The position numbers and the translations under genes are program-made. A DNA stretch of 64,000 bases from Phyllobates terribilis (lineage: Eukaryota). The stretch covers positions 363,878,001-363,942,000 of the forward strand of contig NW_027362769.1 in the NCBI RefSeq assembly GCF_046119375.1, given 5' to 3'. Below are positions 11,542 to 24,607 of this stretch, one piece after another; the stretch's first letter is position 1, and each line of letters begins with the position of its first letter. The notes beneath the pieces were generated by a model. It saw nothing but the letters and a program-made list of their open reading frames with translations. It made no database searches and was not told where the DNA came from.

Positions 11542-11560
11542 TGGCGTAGTCGGCAGGATT
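11542..11560 (+). promoter_or_regulatory. Primer-binding site, tRNA-Ser (second unit)
   Basis: Identical to 7911-7929. Confidence 0.9.
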
Positions 11561-11654
11561 TCGTGCCCGCAACCACTGGGTACTGCGTGCCTGAAGAAAA
11601 GTTCCAAATTTACCTCAAGAAGAAGTTTCCCGCCGGTTCCAGAGGGTCCCCGCC

Positions 11655-13460
11655 ATGGGACGCCATCACGGATCGTTTCCCGCCGGTTGCCCGCCATCTG
11701 CAGCTTTTTCCCGCCATTTCCAGAAGATTTCCCGCCTTGGAAGAGCGGACGCCATTATGGGCGTGCCAGAGGGTGGCAAGAGGTCACCTCCCATCGTGGG
11801 CCAGGTCAAGGAATGGCGCCAAAAGCGGAAACCGCCCCCACCAACGGAGACTGTGATGCTGGAGATGTCCATCAGCGTGAGAGAACTGCCCCTGGAACTG
11901 ACAATCACAAAGTTGCCCCGGGACCACCTTCAATGTGAGCGGAGACAGAACAAGAGAGAGAAGATGGGTGCAGCCTGGAGGAGTCTGGAGAGAGCGCACC
12001 CGGAGACAAGAAGTCTGGAGAGGACTCCGGAGAAGCCGTACCCGGAGATGGAGGGAGAGGCAGGCAGCACCGACCCAGTGGTCAGGAGCCTGTTGCAAGC
12101 GACAACCCCAGAAGGCCTGGTGGAGATCCTGGCACAGCTCCCCCGAGACCGGGAGCGTGCACAGACCGCACTGGAGGGCTTGGCTCAGAGGATGGCCCGA
12201 GTGCAGCGGGACGTACTGGCCGCATGGAGCAGAGAGATGGCCCAGCAGGCTGGAACCCGCCAGCGAAGCACGCCACCCGAGACGAGGAGACAGACCGCCT
12301 CTGAGGATGGTGCAGGAGGAGTGAAGGCCGGAGACGGCGCCGAAGAGGGAGCTGAACAGATGGAGGCAGGTAAAGGGGACGTCACTACCCCGAGCCGAGA
12401 AACCGCGTGCCTGCCCCAGCTCCCCGTCGCAGAGCCCGAAATTCCCCCTGCCGTGCCCGTCGCTGCATCGTCACCGCTCCAGACAAGGCCTCAAGCAGAA
12501 GCCGCGGCCGCGACCCCTGTGACGTCACGCGCCTCAACCCTGAGCGCGGCAAAGCAGGAAACACCACCGGCCTGGTCGCAAGGTCTAGTACCCCCGGGCG
12601 CCGCAGTACCAACAGCGCCCTCTACCTCCACTGAGCCACCGGCCTGGTCGCTGGGCCAAGTAACCCCGGGCGCCGCCGTCTTCACGGTGCCCTTTACGTT
12701 CAGGGTACCCCAGGCCTGGTCGCAAGGCCTGGCGAACCCGGGCGCCGCCACCACCACCGCGCCCTCAACATCTAGAGTGCCGCACCTGGGTGAAGATTTG
12801 TTTGCCCAGCACACGTGTCCGGATGGGCAGTCCTTTGTGTGGCCACCGGAGTTCCACCATCCCCGACTCCGGAAAGAAAGACCCCTAGATGAGCCCCTGA
12901 TTCCGGTTCCGAAGCCCGTTAAGATCACCCCACTCTCGTTGGAGGAAGCGCAGTTTGCGTGGGACCCCACCGGAGGAGACTTCATGGGATTCACCCAAGA
13001 GACTCGGGCAGCCGCAGCTGAGCGTGCGGAGTGCTGCCGGCAGCAGTTAGAGGTCTTTGACCGCGAGCGAAGAGAGAGGCGGGTCCGAGAGCAGCGGCTG
13101 CAGGAACAGAGCGCAGGGCAGAAGAGCAGGACCAGGAGGAACCCCCGTGCAGCCCACGGTCCCCGTGCCACCGGGACTGTAATTAAATTCCAACTGCAGC
13201 ACGGTTGGGGTTTCATCAGGGATCATCACACCCCCGGCGACGTCTTTGTCACCCGCAGAGACGTGGAGTCCCATCTGCCGGAGGGACACAGAGGTCGTGA
13301 CCTATATGTAGGGGACGAGGTCACGTTCACCCGGCACAAGTGTGCCAAAGGACCCTACGCCCTCCATGTACACCGGCTGACGGAGGAGGAGCTACGGTGT
13401 GAAGAGGAGCAAGAGGATCCGGACGGGTCTGAAGGAGGAGCAGGAGTACGCCGTCATTAA
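11655..13460 (+). CDS. 601-aa CSD-containing protein, copy 2
   Basis: Intact ORF; 4 amino-acid differences from copy 1 (G/E, V/A, P/S, L/F); CSD identical (13167-13379). Confidence 0.85.
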   Translation: MGRHHGSFPAGCPPSAAFSRHFQKISRLGRADAIMGVPEGGKRSPPIVGQVKEWRQKRKPPPPTETVMLEMSISVRELPLELTITKLPRDHLQCERRQNKREKMGAAWRSLERAHPETRSLERTPEKPYPEMEGEAGSTDPVVRSLLQATTPEGLVEILAQLPRDRERAQTALEGLAQRMARVQRDVLAAWSREMAQQAGTRQRSTPPETRRQTASEDGAGGVKAGDGAEEGAEQMEAGKGDVTTPSRETACLPQLPVAEPEIPPAVPVAASSPLQTRPQAEAAAATPVTSRASTLSAAKQETPPAWSQGLVPPGAAVPTAPSTSTEPPAWSLGQVTPGAAVFTVPFTFRVPQAWSQGLANPGAATTTAPSTSRVPHLGEDLFAQHTCPDGQSFVWPPEFHHPRLRKERPLDEPLIPVPKPVKITPLSLEEAQFAWDPTGGDFMGFTQETRAAAAERAECCRQQLEVFDRERRERRVREQRLQEQSAGQKSRTRRNPRAAHGPRATGTVIKFQLQHGWGFIRDHHTPGDVFVTRRDVESHLPEGHRGRDLYVGDEVTFTRHKCAKGPYALHVHRLTEEELRCEEEQEDPDGSEGGAGVRRH

Positions 13461-13917
13461 AGTACGGTAAAGAGACTGTATATAGTTACCCGTCAGGGTA
13501 TAAGAACTGTTACTGCTGCTAGTTAAAATATAGTCCCCGTTGGGACCAGCAAATTGAACTGAAACCCGTGTGTCCCTATTCCCACTGACCGAGGACTGAG
13601 AGCGGTCATTCCTTTCCTGATACCTGGCCGAGGACTGAGAGCGGCCATACCTTCCCTTGTATATAGTTGCGCTTTCTAAGGCGCCCCCTACCGGTTTATA
13701 GGAAACTGTTGTTTTTACTACAAGAGACTGTCGCACTTTACCCGGTCACAAGTTGCACCGTGGCCGGAGGAACAAGAGTGTTATTTATGAAAAGCTTTAT
13801 ATGAAAAGTTTATGCTGATAATATATGATGTTTTATATGTTTATGTTTTATGAAAAAAAATGTATGTTTGTGGATGTTTATGTTCTCTTACAGCCCGAGG
13901 ACGTGCTGTGATTTACC

Positions 13918-13926
13918 AGGGGGGAA
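13918..13926 (+). promoter_or_regulatory. Polypurine tract (second unit)
   Basis: AGGGGGGAA before LTR3. Confidence 0.85.
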
Positions 13927-15168
13927 TGTAGCACCCTGAGGACTCGGCTGCTACAGGGGTATTACACCTCAAGCCAGAGGTGTGGTATTCCACTCCCGGG
14001 TAAGGATGGAGTGTGGAACTGAGCTCAGATAGCTGCATACACTACATACATCCCATTTCCGGGGGACAGATCGACGGTACTCCCACCAATATATGTGCAG
14101 GTACGATAGTGTCTGTCCCTGGCTGGAGTGGGAGGGGGGTGGAACATCCCAGTAGTGTAGGGGCAGATAGGGGGAGCAGTCTGGGTAATGCTAGGAGCTC
14201 ATTGGGTGCTGGTCACCTGAGCTCACACATAGAGGGAGAATATAAGGTGGGCACCATCTTAGATCAGGGTCAGTCTTTTGTAGAGTGAGTCAGAGGAGCA
14301 GAGCAGAGAAGCTCAGCCAGAAGGGCTGACAGGGAGTTGTGGTTCCGGCTGGGCCCAGCTCCAAGGCCAAGTCTGAGAGAGAGAGAGAGGAGTCAGAAGG
14401 ACCCAGAGAGAAGAAGAAGGAACCCCAAGACCCCAGAATACAAACAGCAGGGTGAAGGGTTGGCACCCAGGGTACCGGATCCCAAGCTGGCAGAGAGAAA
14501 AGCACACCTTAGCCAGAGACCGGAGGTCGTGGGCAGGATCTGCCACGACCCTCACTAAATCCACTAGGAAGGCATACCAAGTATAGGGTCAGGGAACCCA
14601 GAAGAGGTGTACCCACCAAGAGACCCGAGGGAGCCGGACATAAGTGGATCCCTAGTGAGAACGGCCAGAAGAGAGGGAAAGTCAGACAGGAGCTCAGGAC
14701 CACGCTCCAGAATTGCTTGGGGGTTGGCCGAGTCCAGGACCTGGTGGACGCAGCACAGCTCGGGTGGTCGCTTCAGGCCAGAGTGACCATAAGAACACCC
14801 GTAAGTAAAAACCCCTGAACTGCACAGCCCGACTCTGAGTCTTCTTGCTTAGCTCTCCTGCACCTTCACAACCACCATCCTCTACATCTGACCCCCTGAG
14901 GCTATACCCCTCCCGTTGGGGGTTATACTACCACAGCGGCACACATACCACCAGCCTCAGCGGACCCTTCTGCAGCGGCGGCCTTTTGACCGCAAATCAA
15001 CGGGTGGCGTAGTCGACACTAAGAACACCAATAACATCTATCAAGACTGCCACACACTGAGTTTGACACCCTGGGCACGGACCGGGTCGCCGCCACTCGG
15101 AGACTACAACCCCCATCTGATCCGGCTCCGGGTAATCCCCAAACAGCACTGGCCCAGGGGGCGCGTCA
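13927..15168 (+). repeat. LTR3
   Basis: LTR1 + 7262 bp; followed by TATA (TSD) rather than a PBS; TATA box altered (GAATATAA). Confidence 0.95.
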
Positions 15169-17735
15169 TATATATTATACCACATACAGGCTAATATGTA
15201 ACTAGTGCACATTACACCATGAGTACAGACATTAGATATTACACCAGTCACGTATTATCCTCTACAGCTCTTTAATATCTGTGGCGCTATTGTCCCCGCC
15301 GATCCTACCACAGACCGAATAATGCTACTGTCACACGATCAGTATTTTGTCAGTCTTTTTCTTGAGTATTTGGAAGCCAAATCCAGATGAGGAGCAATCA
15401 GAGAAAAGGTATAATACATACCAGTGCATATATTCTGCATTTATCACTCTCCTGGTTTGGCTTACAAATATGGATAGTGAGACCATATCCTCACATAATC
15501 TACCAGCAGCCTGATGGGTGTTATGCCGGGGTCTTAGTGCACAGGACCCGGTCATTACACGGCGTCCATCTACAGCTGGGACATTTCCTGTGAACACTCG
15601 CTCTCCCCTATCACCCGCACGGGTCTGATCCTGAAGATCTCATGTATCAGAATCCAGTTGTTCATCCCAAGATAGTTTGTATTTATCATCTGCCACATAA
15701 TGGATGAGTGGGACCGAACTCAGCATGGGCTGGGGGAGCAGACAAGGCACCAGTATAATTCAGGGGTGAATAAGCAGACACACGGCCACTGAGGAGTTAA
15801 ATGGAGGAAATACTTGTATCCGGTATTGGTCGGTGCCTGAGGATGTCTGTCAGTCATTGGCTGATCACAGATCCGTTGGTGATTTTGAAATTCCCGCTCA
15901 ATCGTTGTTCTTTGTCCTCCGGATTATTTATTAACGACTCCTGTTAATAGCGGAGATCGCAATTTGAGCAATCCGGTCTGGGGGCAGCTCTACCCCGCTG
16001 AGAATACAGGGTCCTCTCCTCCAGAGCGGTCTGCCCCCGAACAAATGTGATCGTTCTCCTGATTGGCAGGTGGAGGATGTGCCGGCCTTGTTATTATTCT
16101 GGGAGGTTATTATCCTTTTGAGGCCGCCATCCATCCGAGACTCCAGTGCCCAGGACGCGGTCATCACACAGACGTCCGTATTCCGGCTACACAGGGCGTC
16201 CATCCAGCTGCCTCATACGGACACATTCCCTGCGAGTATTCGCTGCCTCTACAACACAATCGTATTTGATCCTGTTAATATCAAGATCAACACATTCATC
16301 TGACTGCAGTATGATAGGATTTCTGCTGTGTATTAATCGCAGCACAGAGAGCTATGTACTGTGTGCACAGAGGTATCTATCATGTATGACATTGCTGCAG
16401 AGTTATGACTTGGTGACAGATTGCAAATGTCAGAAACTTCTTACTGCTGTCCATGTTTCTGCTGTATCATTTATTCTCTACAATCTGCATTAGAAACATA
16501 ATTTATTATACATATAATGATAGAAAAGGATCCAGAACCAAGATCTCATCTCATCCGTCTTCCTGATTGAGCCCAGCCGCTAATATCTCCCCATATCCTG
16601 CAGGAACAACAACCTGTAAGAGGCGGCAGCTGCACTGACAGCACAGAGGCCACTTCTCCCCGGGGAGACTTCATCTTCTTACAATCAGATTGGTGATCGG
16701 AGCTCTCTGCACTTCCGCAGTGATTTAATCTTATAGTATATTAACACTTTTCTTTCCAGACTACTAAAGTCCTCTGATCTTTTATGGACTTACTATTTTC
16801 ATCGTTGTTATTATACAGATGGAGATTGATGCTCAGATCTGAGTCTTATTGTTTGTTTTCTCAATGTGTCACCGAGATCCCCTATATTCGTTATACATCG
16901 CTACATCTGGTATTAGAGGAAGTTATCTAGAGATTGTATTGGGATATTTCTCCTCTTAACAAGGGATTCATTGTTCTCCTCTTCATTCTTGGAGCTTCTA
17001 CATGTGGATATATTGCCCGAGAGCCGCCCGTCCTGACACTGGATAAAGGGGAGGAGGACAAGTGAAAGAGCAGAAGAACGAGCAGTAACGGAGCAGGAAT
17101 CTATAGAAAAGGAATAAAGCTCCTGTGAGGGTGTGATGACCGATAACCTAACTGCATGTCTGACCTATGGGATCCGGACAACAGTGTAATTTTCTGAGCA
17201 ATCTGCAATACATGATCGTACATGTCCTGTCACACACTTCCTCCCTGTAGCTGTACAATTGATCTGTACATGAATTACTGGATTAAACTACTGGGGAGAT
17301 GATCGGGGGGATATGGTGGGGTCAAAGCAGAATTGGTCTTCCCTGAAATATCGCATGTAGGATGCGTCCCTGGCTAGTATATCGTATAAAGGGAGGTCAG
17401 ACACACGGGGCACATCACAGCTTTTGGCTGATTCACTCTATATATCTATGAAAGGAAACCGAAGCATCCCTGACCCCGGGTCTTGTATTATAGAAAGCGG
17501 AGACTGCTCAACTAAAATCTCCAGACTCCTGTATGGGATGTAAACGACCAATATAAGTCGGTCATAGAACCTCGTGTTATATGGGGACAAAGAACAGAAA
17601 AGCCATCAGCCACTGAGCGGGAACTTCAAACTCATGGACAAAAAGTCACGTGACCTGTGTAAGCTGCGCCCGCTGCGTCTTATTGGTGTTTCCACACGTC
17701 TGCTCTCCATTGGCGGCTTCAGATCCATCCAATGA

Positions 17736-18212
<477 letters not shown>

Positions 18213-18246
18213 GCGCCGCTCCTCCACATCTGTCCGAACAACCAAA

Positions 18247-18262
18247 GGCTCTTCTAAGAGCC
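18247..18262 (+). terminator. Histone 3' stem-loop
   Basis: GGCTCTTCTAAGAGCC followed by ACCA. Confidence 0.95.
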
Positions 18263-19100
18263 ACCACATCCTCCTCATCAGAGCCGGCACCGCTGATAGC
18301 AGGCGATGGTCCACACTATATAGAGAGAACAACACGATCTATTCTATGTTCTACTGTATGATTTACTATAGATCAGAAATGTAAAGCATTAAATAGGTTG
18401 ATCCTGCTATATTTCGTAGCGCAGATACTAATTTTAGTGACCCGGCTAATAGAGAGTTAAACGGTGGAGAAAACACTTGTATCTGGTATTGGTTGGCGCC
18501 TGCTGAGATGTCTGTAATTGGTGGTTTTGAGTTTCCCGCGCAATCTTTCTTTGTGCGTCGGATTATTACCGGCCCCTCTGCTTGTAGCGGAGATCGCAAT
18601 CTGAGCAATGCGGTCTGAGCACAGCTCTACCCCTCTGAGAATACAGCGCAGAGCAGCTTTCCCCGAACACGGTAATGGTTCTTATCGAAAAGAGGATGGT
18701 TCTCCACTAATCATTTATGTGAGGTCATGAACCTTCAGCGGCCTCCATATACACTGAGCCTGATACAAGCCCCGTCCTCAATCACAGGATCTTATGTTTC
18801 CATTCTGTAAGCAGCACTCGGAACATCACTACTGATGGGAGCAGTTGCGTATCTTGTATTAAAGCTGATACTGCTTCCATAACTCGGGATATCTACAGAT
18901 TGCTGTAAGGAACGCAATCAACCCGTCAAATACTATACATCACTCCAACCACAACAAACTCATCCCTTCAGTGCAAGTATCCTCAGTTATCAATGAGTGA
19001 ACATTTTTAACTCATGAACAGCGTATAAAGCTTGTACTGGCATTCACACAAGCACAGGGATTGCTACTCCGATTGTAGCCTCTCACTTAGAAGATGTGGT

Positions 19101-19116
19101 GGCTCTGAAAAGAGCC
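19101..19116 (-). terminator. Histone 3' stem-loop (H4)
   Basis: Reverse complement GGCTCTTTTCAGAGCC. Confidence 0.95.
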
Positions 19117-19148
19117 TTTGGGTTGTCAGGATGGAGCAGAGAATACAA

Positions 19149-19508
<360 letters not shown>

Positions 19509-21199
19509 TTATATATAGCGTATTGGTGGACCAGAGAGAAGACTGCAGTGATGACGCGTTTCCAGGGCGGGTCTTACAGAATCGAAATTAGCTCCTCCTT
19601 CCTCTGCTGATTGGCTGAACACAGAACTGTTGGGGAGTTTGAATTTCTCGCTCGTTGTGCAGTTTCCGCAGCTTCTAATTATATATGTTTTACCTGTGAT
19701 GAGAAATGTTTCAAAAACAGTCTGTAAATAAAAGGGCAGACACGACACCAGCTGCAAGTGATCTACACTTCATATAGAAACATCAGATCACTGCTGAATA
19801 TACCTGTAACGGCACTGACAGTGATTAACCCCCACTTCCATCATACCAGCATATTCGTAACATGCTATTCACTAATGTCCAGGAAGGGTCATTTCCGCAC
19901 CTTACTACTCCCCTCATCATCCCTTGCATTCTGTACAATCTACATGGGACATTCTGGCTGCTCCCGTCGACTAATCTATAGGATCCTGACTGAGCTCTGA
20001 CATTTCTAAGATGGGCTTGTCACTTCTGATAGAATTGCTCTTGGGGTGCGGTGATTTGAGGAGGATTGTGGCAGCCAGGATTATTGCCTCTTCTAAGGAC
20101 AGTGCAGGGAGGAAGCCGCGGTCAGCAGCACTGCTCCGATACTGACACCAGCTCATAAGCCGGGAATCCCCTCAGTTTGGCTTACAGAGGGTCTCTTCCT
20201 GCAAACGATAATGGCAGGACAGTACTGTTATCAATTGGGAACAGAATTATAAAACTTAATATTTTGCCACCACTGGGATTTTCCGCTCATCAGAAATGAC
20301 AATATTTACTTTCTCCTAATAACACTTGTATTGTAATTGTCAGAGATCATAAAACTCAGATATCACTTGTTTCTTCATATGAAGATTTGCATTTAGAGAA
20401 CATTTGTTATTTTCATGTAGAAGATAATGACAACAGCTCAGGTCAAATAAAAAAGGAACCGTATAAATAACAAAATCACTGAGCAGCTGATTGATTCTCA
20501 TTCCAGTGGTCCCATGTCCAATGGAGAATACACTGTGATCTGGAAGGTGATTACATGAATGTGGTCAGTGGAGTTTTATCTATAGACCGGACACTTCTCT
20601 TCACAGCAGAAGTAGTAACACAATTACATGTAGAAGCTGCGGAAACTCCAAGGAGCGGGAAATTCAAACTCCCTAACGTCCTGTGTTCAGCCAATCAGCA
20701 GAGGAAGGGGAGGAGCTAATGTTAATAGTTACCGAATAGGAAGTTCCCGCTCAGGGGCTGATGGCTTTTTCTGTCCTTCTGTATCACGTAGTTTCAGGAC
20801 TGTCGGATATCAGGAAATTTGCTTGTGTTGAGCGATCAATGGTCTCTTGGTTCCATACAGGAATTTCTATCATTTTCCAGGATCCAGGGAACAGTATCCG
20901 CTTTCTATAAACACAAAGTGCAGAACCGATTCTAACAATGGTGACTCCATCACACCAGCAATATTCCGAGTGCCGGGAATATAAAGAAACGAGATACTGC
21001 AGTTTACAGAGAACTTTGAAAGAAGGAGGTGGGGATTTTATAAAATGTAGGTTAATATTATCTAGATAAACCTACTACAGAGCTGCAGAGGATATTAGTC
21101 TCTTAATCCTGATGCGTTTTCAGGATCAGACCCGTGCGGCTGATAGGAGTCAGCGAGTGTTCACAGGAGATAGCGCTGGATAATGGACGTCCTATAATG

Positions 21200-21560
21200 T
21201 CAAAGGTGTGGGGCAGTTTTCTCAGACCCTCCCAGCGCCCAGGCCCTTATGAGCGGGGTAGTTTCACAAGGAGGGAAAAGTTTTGGAAGATGCTGAAGAA
21301 GTACCTTGCTGACCGTACCAGAGTCCTCCGTAATTCCTCTGTGTCTTACAACTATTGTGTATCCAAGCTGGACACGTGTCATGAACTGTCTCTCTACATC
21401 TTGGAGGTCCTGGCTTGCCCTGCCACTAGCGTTTTGTCAGAGCGGGTTTTTAGTGCCGCCGGGGGCATTATAACTGATAGGAGCATCTAACTGTCAACTG
21501 AAAATACTGAAAATGCTGACAGGCTGACTCATCAAAATGAACAAGGGTTGGATTGGGCCA
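21200..21560 (+). mobile_element. hAT transposase remnant (C-terminal dimerisation region)
   Basis: ELSLYILEVLACPATSVLSERVFSAAGGIITDR...IKMNKGWI matches the hATC motif; disrupted. Confidence 0.8.
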
Positions 21561-21667
21561 GACTTCTCGATACCTCTGGATGATAGCATCGTAACATAAA
21601 CTCAAATCCAGTGGGTTTTTTTGAAGAGTCTATTCCCATGCACCCCTTCACACCCAGACATGGGTAT

Positions 21668-23480
21668 TAGTGTTCAGCGAATTTGTTCGGCGAATGTTCG
21701 AAAGTTTCAAATTCGGCACGAATATGGCACATTCGGATTCGTGTTCGCAAAGGCGAGCAAATTTTCCTAAAATCGGAAAAGTTTGACGAATTTGCGTGGG
21801 ATCGTGAATACAGGGCAACCACGGCGTTTTGAACAATTTTGTTAGCATAGTGCAAGTGTATGATGAGTGGTGACATGTGCCAGGTGATTGTGGGGGCTGT
21901 GGAGAGTTTAGAACAGGTCAGATCAGCGGCACACTGTTTTGTTTTTTTTCCTGTGGGCGGTAACTTTAACTGAGGAAAGCGCGGCCAGCCAATCATAACG
22001 CAAGAAGCATCTACACTGTCCAGACATAAGGGCTTCTGCAATTGGCTGCAGAAATCACATGTCCTCTCAATATAAAAAGCGGCCATGTTCCCTCAGCGCC
22101 ATTATATCCATGTCACTGCTGGAGACAGACGCAGCTCAGTGTTCTCCTGTGTAATGAGAGATATGAGCTAGATAGATGGGCGCTTGTGTGGTAGTCAGAT
22201 AGTGTAGATAATTCCTGGCCTGTGTACCTCTGCAACCGCTGGTGCAGCACATTTTTGATGTTCTTGTGCAAGTACTGAGATACTGACAGAAACAGAGGCC
22301 CCGTGCCATACAATAGTGCTGTGCACCGCTGGTATAGAGCTCCATGTCTCAGTATACCTTGAATCTTTTTTTGCACTTGCTAATGTGATCAAGCAAGCGC
22401 AGTGCATCTTTTCATTTAGTTGGGTTGAAATTGTGCTCTGCGCAGTCTGCAGAGCTTCTTATTGCAGAGCACAAAATCTGTTTTTTGTTTTTTTTTCTGT
22501 TGCTATTGTGATATTGAAAGCTGTGTGCACTAAAGTTGTTTTAGTATCAGATACTATTTTATGATGTGGGCCATCCCTATCTGTGTATTGGTGGTGTAAG
22601 ATCAGTGTCCCAAAGTCATTTAACCCCTGAAAAACAACAGTTACTTATTAAAATCTGTGAAAACTGGCTATTTGCCCGCTTTGATGCCCACAACCCATTT
22701 GGGCCAGGCTGGAGTGATCTTAATTTTATGCGGGCCATCACTCTTTATGTAGTGGCTGTGTGAGCTCAGTGGCCCAAGTCATTTAACCCCTGAAAAACAC
22801 TAGTAAATGGCTATTTGCCCGCTTTGATGCCCGTTCTGATACACAGAACCCATTTTGGCAAGGCTGGAGTGACCTGAATTTTATGCGGGCCATCACTAGA
22901 TATGAAATGCTGATGTGAGATCAGTGGCCCAAAGTAATTTAATCCCTGAAAAACACAAATTACTTCTTCAAATCTGTGAAAAATGTCTATTTGCCGGTTC
23001 TGATGCCCAGAACTCATTTGGGCCAGTCTGGAGTGACCTGTTTTTGACGTGGGACATCACTATGTATATAGTGGTGGTGTGAGATCAGTGGCCCAAAATC
23101 ATTTTACCCCTAAAACACACCAGTTACTTATTCAAATCTGTGAAAAGTGGCTATTTGCCCTCTTTGATGCCCGTTCTGATGCCCAAAACCCTTTTGGGCC
23201 AGCCTAGAGTGATCTGAATTTTATGCGCGCCATCAGAATGTATGTAATGGTGGTGTGTTATCAGTGGCCCAATGTAATTTAACCCATGGAAAACACAAGT
23301 TGCTTATTCAAATCTGTGAAAAGTGGCTAGTTGCCCACTTTGATGCCCGTTGTGATGCCCATAACCCATTTGTGCCAGACTGCAGTAACTTGAGTTAGAT
23401 GTGGGGCATCCTAGTCCTTCGCCCAAAGTAATTTAACCTTTCCAATATCGCCCTTCATTGCCCACTTCGATGCTCATTTT
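21668..23480 (+). mobile_element. hAT-like element end with internal ~120-130 bp repeats
   Basis: Starts TAGTGTTCAGCGAA with TTCG/CGAA-rich subterminal motifs; GGCTATTTGCCCGCTTTGATGCCC repeated between 22660 and 23460. Confidence 0.5.
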
Positions 23481-23668
23481 TGTGCCAGTTTTATGACTTC
23501 TGTAGCCCCTTTTAAGAGTATTCACATAAGGGGACTTCGCTGCAATAAATTTTATTACTGTATTTTTTTGTTTTTGTAATTAAACCTGAAAAAAAAGAAA
23601 CTGGACGAATAAGAAACCAACTTCAGCATCGTCTACAACTGAGCCATTTCTTAAAATCCACATTCTTC

Positions 23669-23738
23669 CACGCTACACGGTTTACAATCATGCCCAAAGA
23701 CGTCCAGCTGGCTTTCCGGATCTGTGGAGAAAGATTAG
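23669..23738 (+). pseudogene. H3: Degenerate histone H3 C-terminal remnant
   Basis: Translates HATRFTIMPKDVQLAFRICGER versus [22 protein letters not shown]; no stem-loop follows. Confidence 0.8.
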
Positions 23739-24091
23739 ATCTGTCCCGATCACTGCACAGAGTCCTACTTCAATAAGATCATTCTAACTACTGTATCTGG
23801 GTTCTACCAGCGATACTCAATCTGCGGTTACAGGATGGCGGGAGAGGGGGTTAATCCCTGTCAGTGCTTCTATTTCGCTCCATCTACACAGGCAGGAGGC
23901 TCCTCATTCACCCACGTAATATTCTATCCGGATTCCCTGTAGTGTCTGCGCCGATCCTATAACAGACTAAGACAAGCCACATATGATCTACCAGGAGTCT
24001 GATGTGGGGGAAGTCTCCACTTATGAAAATAAGTGTGAAGCGGGGATCAGCAGACACACGGCTACTAAGGAGTTAAATGGAGGAAATACTA

Positions 24092-24607
24092 GTTTTTCTC
24101 TGTCTAGTGGCCTTATGTGAACATGCATTTACATTTTGCATGCACATCAATTTACGTTTCAGTTCAGACTCCCAGGTTTTTTCTTTGTAGTTTAGTGTGC
24201 TTCAGTGCATATAAGGGTGTGGCCGCCCTTTGTCTGAGCTGAAAGGTTCATTCTGCCTCTCAGGTCCATGCTTCTACTAGGGTTCAGTCTCTCTGCCCTT
24301 ATCCATATGTATGTCACTTGACAAATGGTAAGGTTTTAATATTAGAGTTAGGACTGTCGCATAAGGGTTGCCGTGACGTGCGGGATGGCTTTTACATTAT
24401 TTTGATCAAAATTATGTTAACTAAATACCCTTTATTATTTATCATTATTTTTATGCACTTGAGATTTATCGATTTAATTCCAGTTATTTGGGTATTTTGC
24501 TTGTCTTTGGTTTTTCTCTGTCTAGTGGCCTTATGTGAACATGCATTTACATTTTGCATGCACATCAATTTACGTTTCAGTTCAGACTCCCAGGTTTTTT
24601 CTTTGTA
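24092..24607. mobile_element. 516-bp insertion bounded by 98-bp direct repeats, unclassified
   Basis: 24092-24189 equals 24510-24607; paralogous spacer modules (~15800, ~34880, ~48230) lack it. Confidence 0.6.

Larger units (their letters stand above)
6665..15168 (+). mobile_element. Tandem non-autonomous LTR retrotransposon (3 LTRs, 2 internal regions, period 3631 bp) encoding a cold-shock-domain protein
   Basis: TG..CA LTRs of 1242 bp, PBS, PPT, TATA flanking both outer ends (6661-6664 and 15169-15172); no RT/RH/IN/PR motifs in the 2389-bp internal region. Confidence 0.93.

Noticed and set aside
6665-15168. Interpretation as a DIRS/Ngaro element or an endogenous retrovirus env remnant
   Set aside because: Direct TG..CA LTRs, a tRNA PBS, a PPT and a 4-bp TSD fit a Gypsy-type LTR element; no tyrosine recombinase, signal peptide or transmembrane segment seen.
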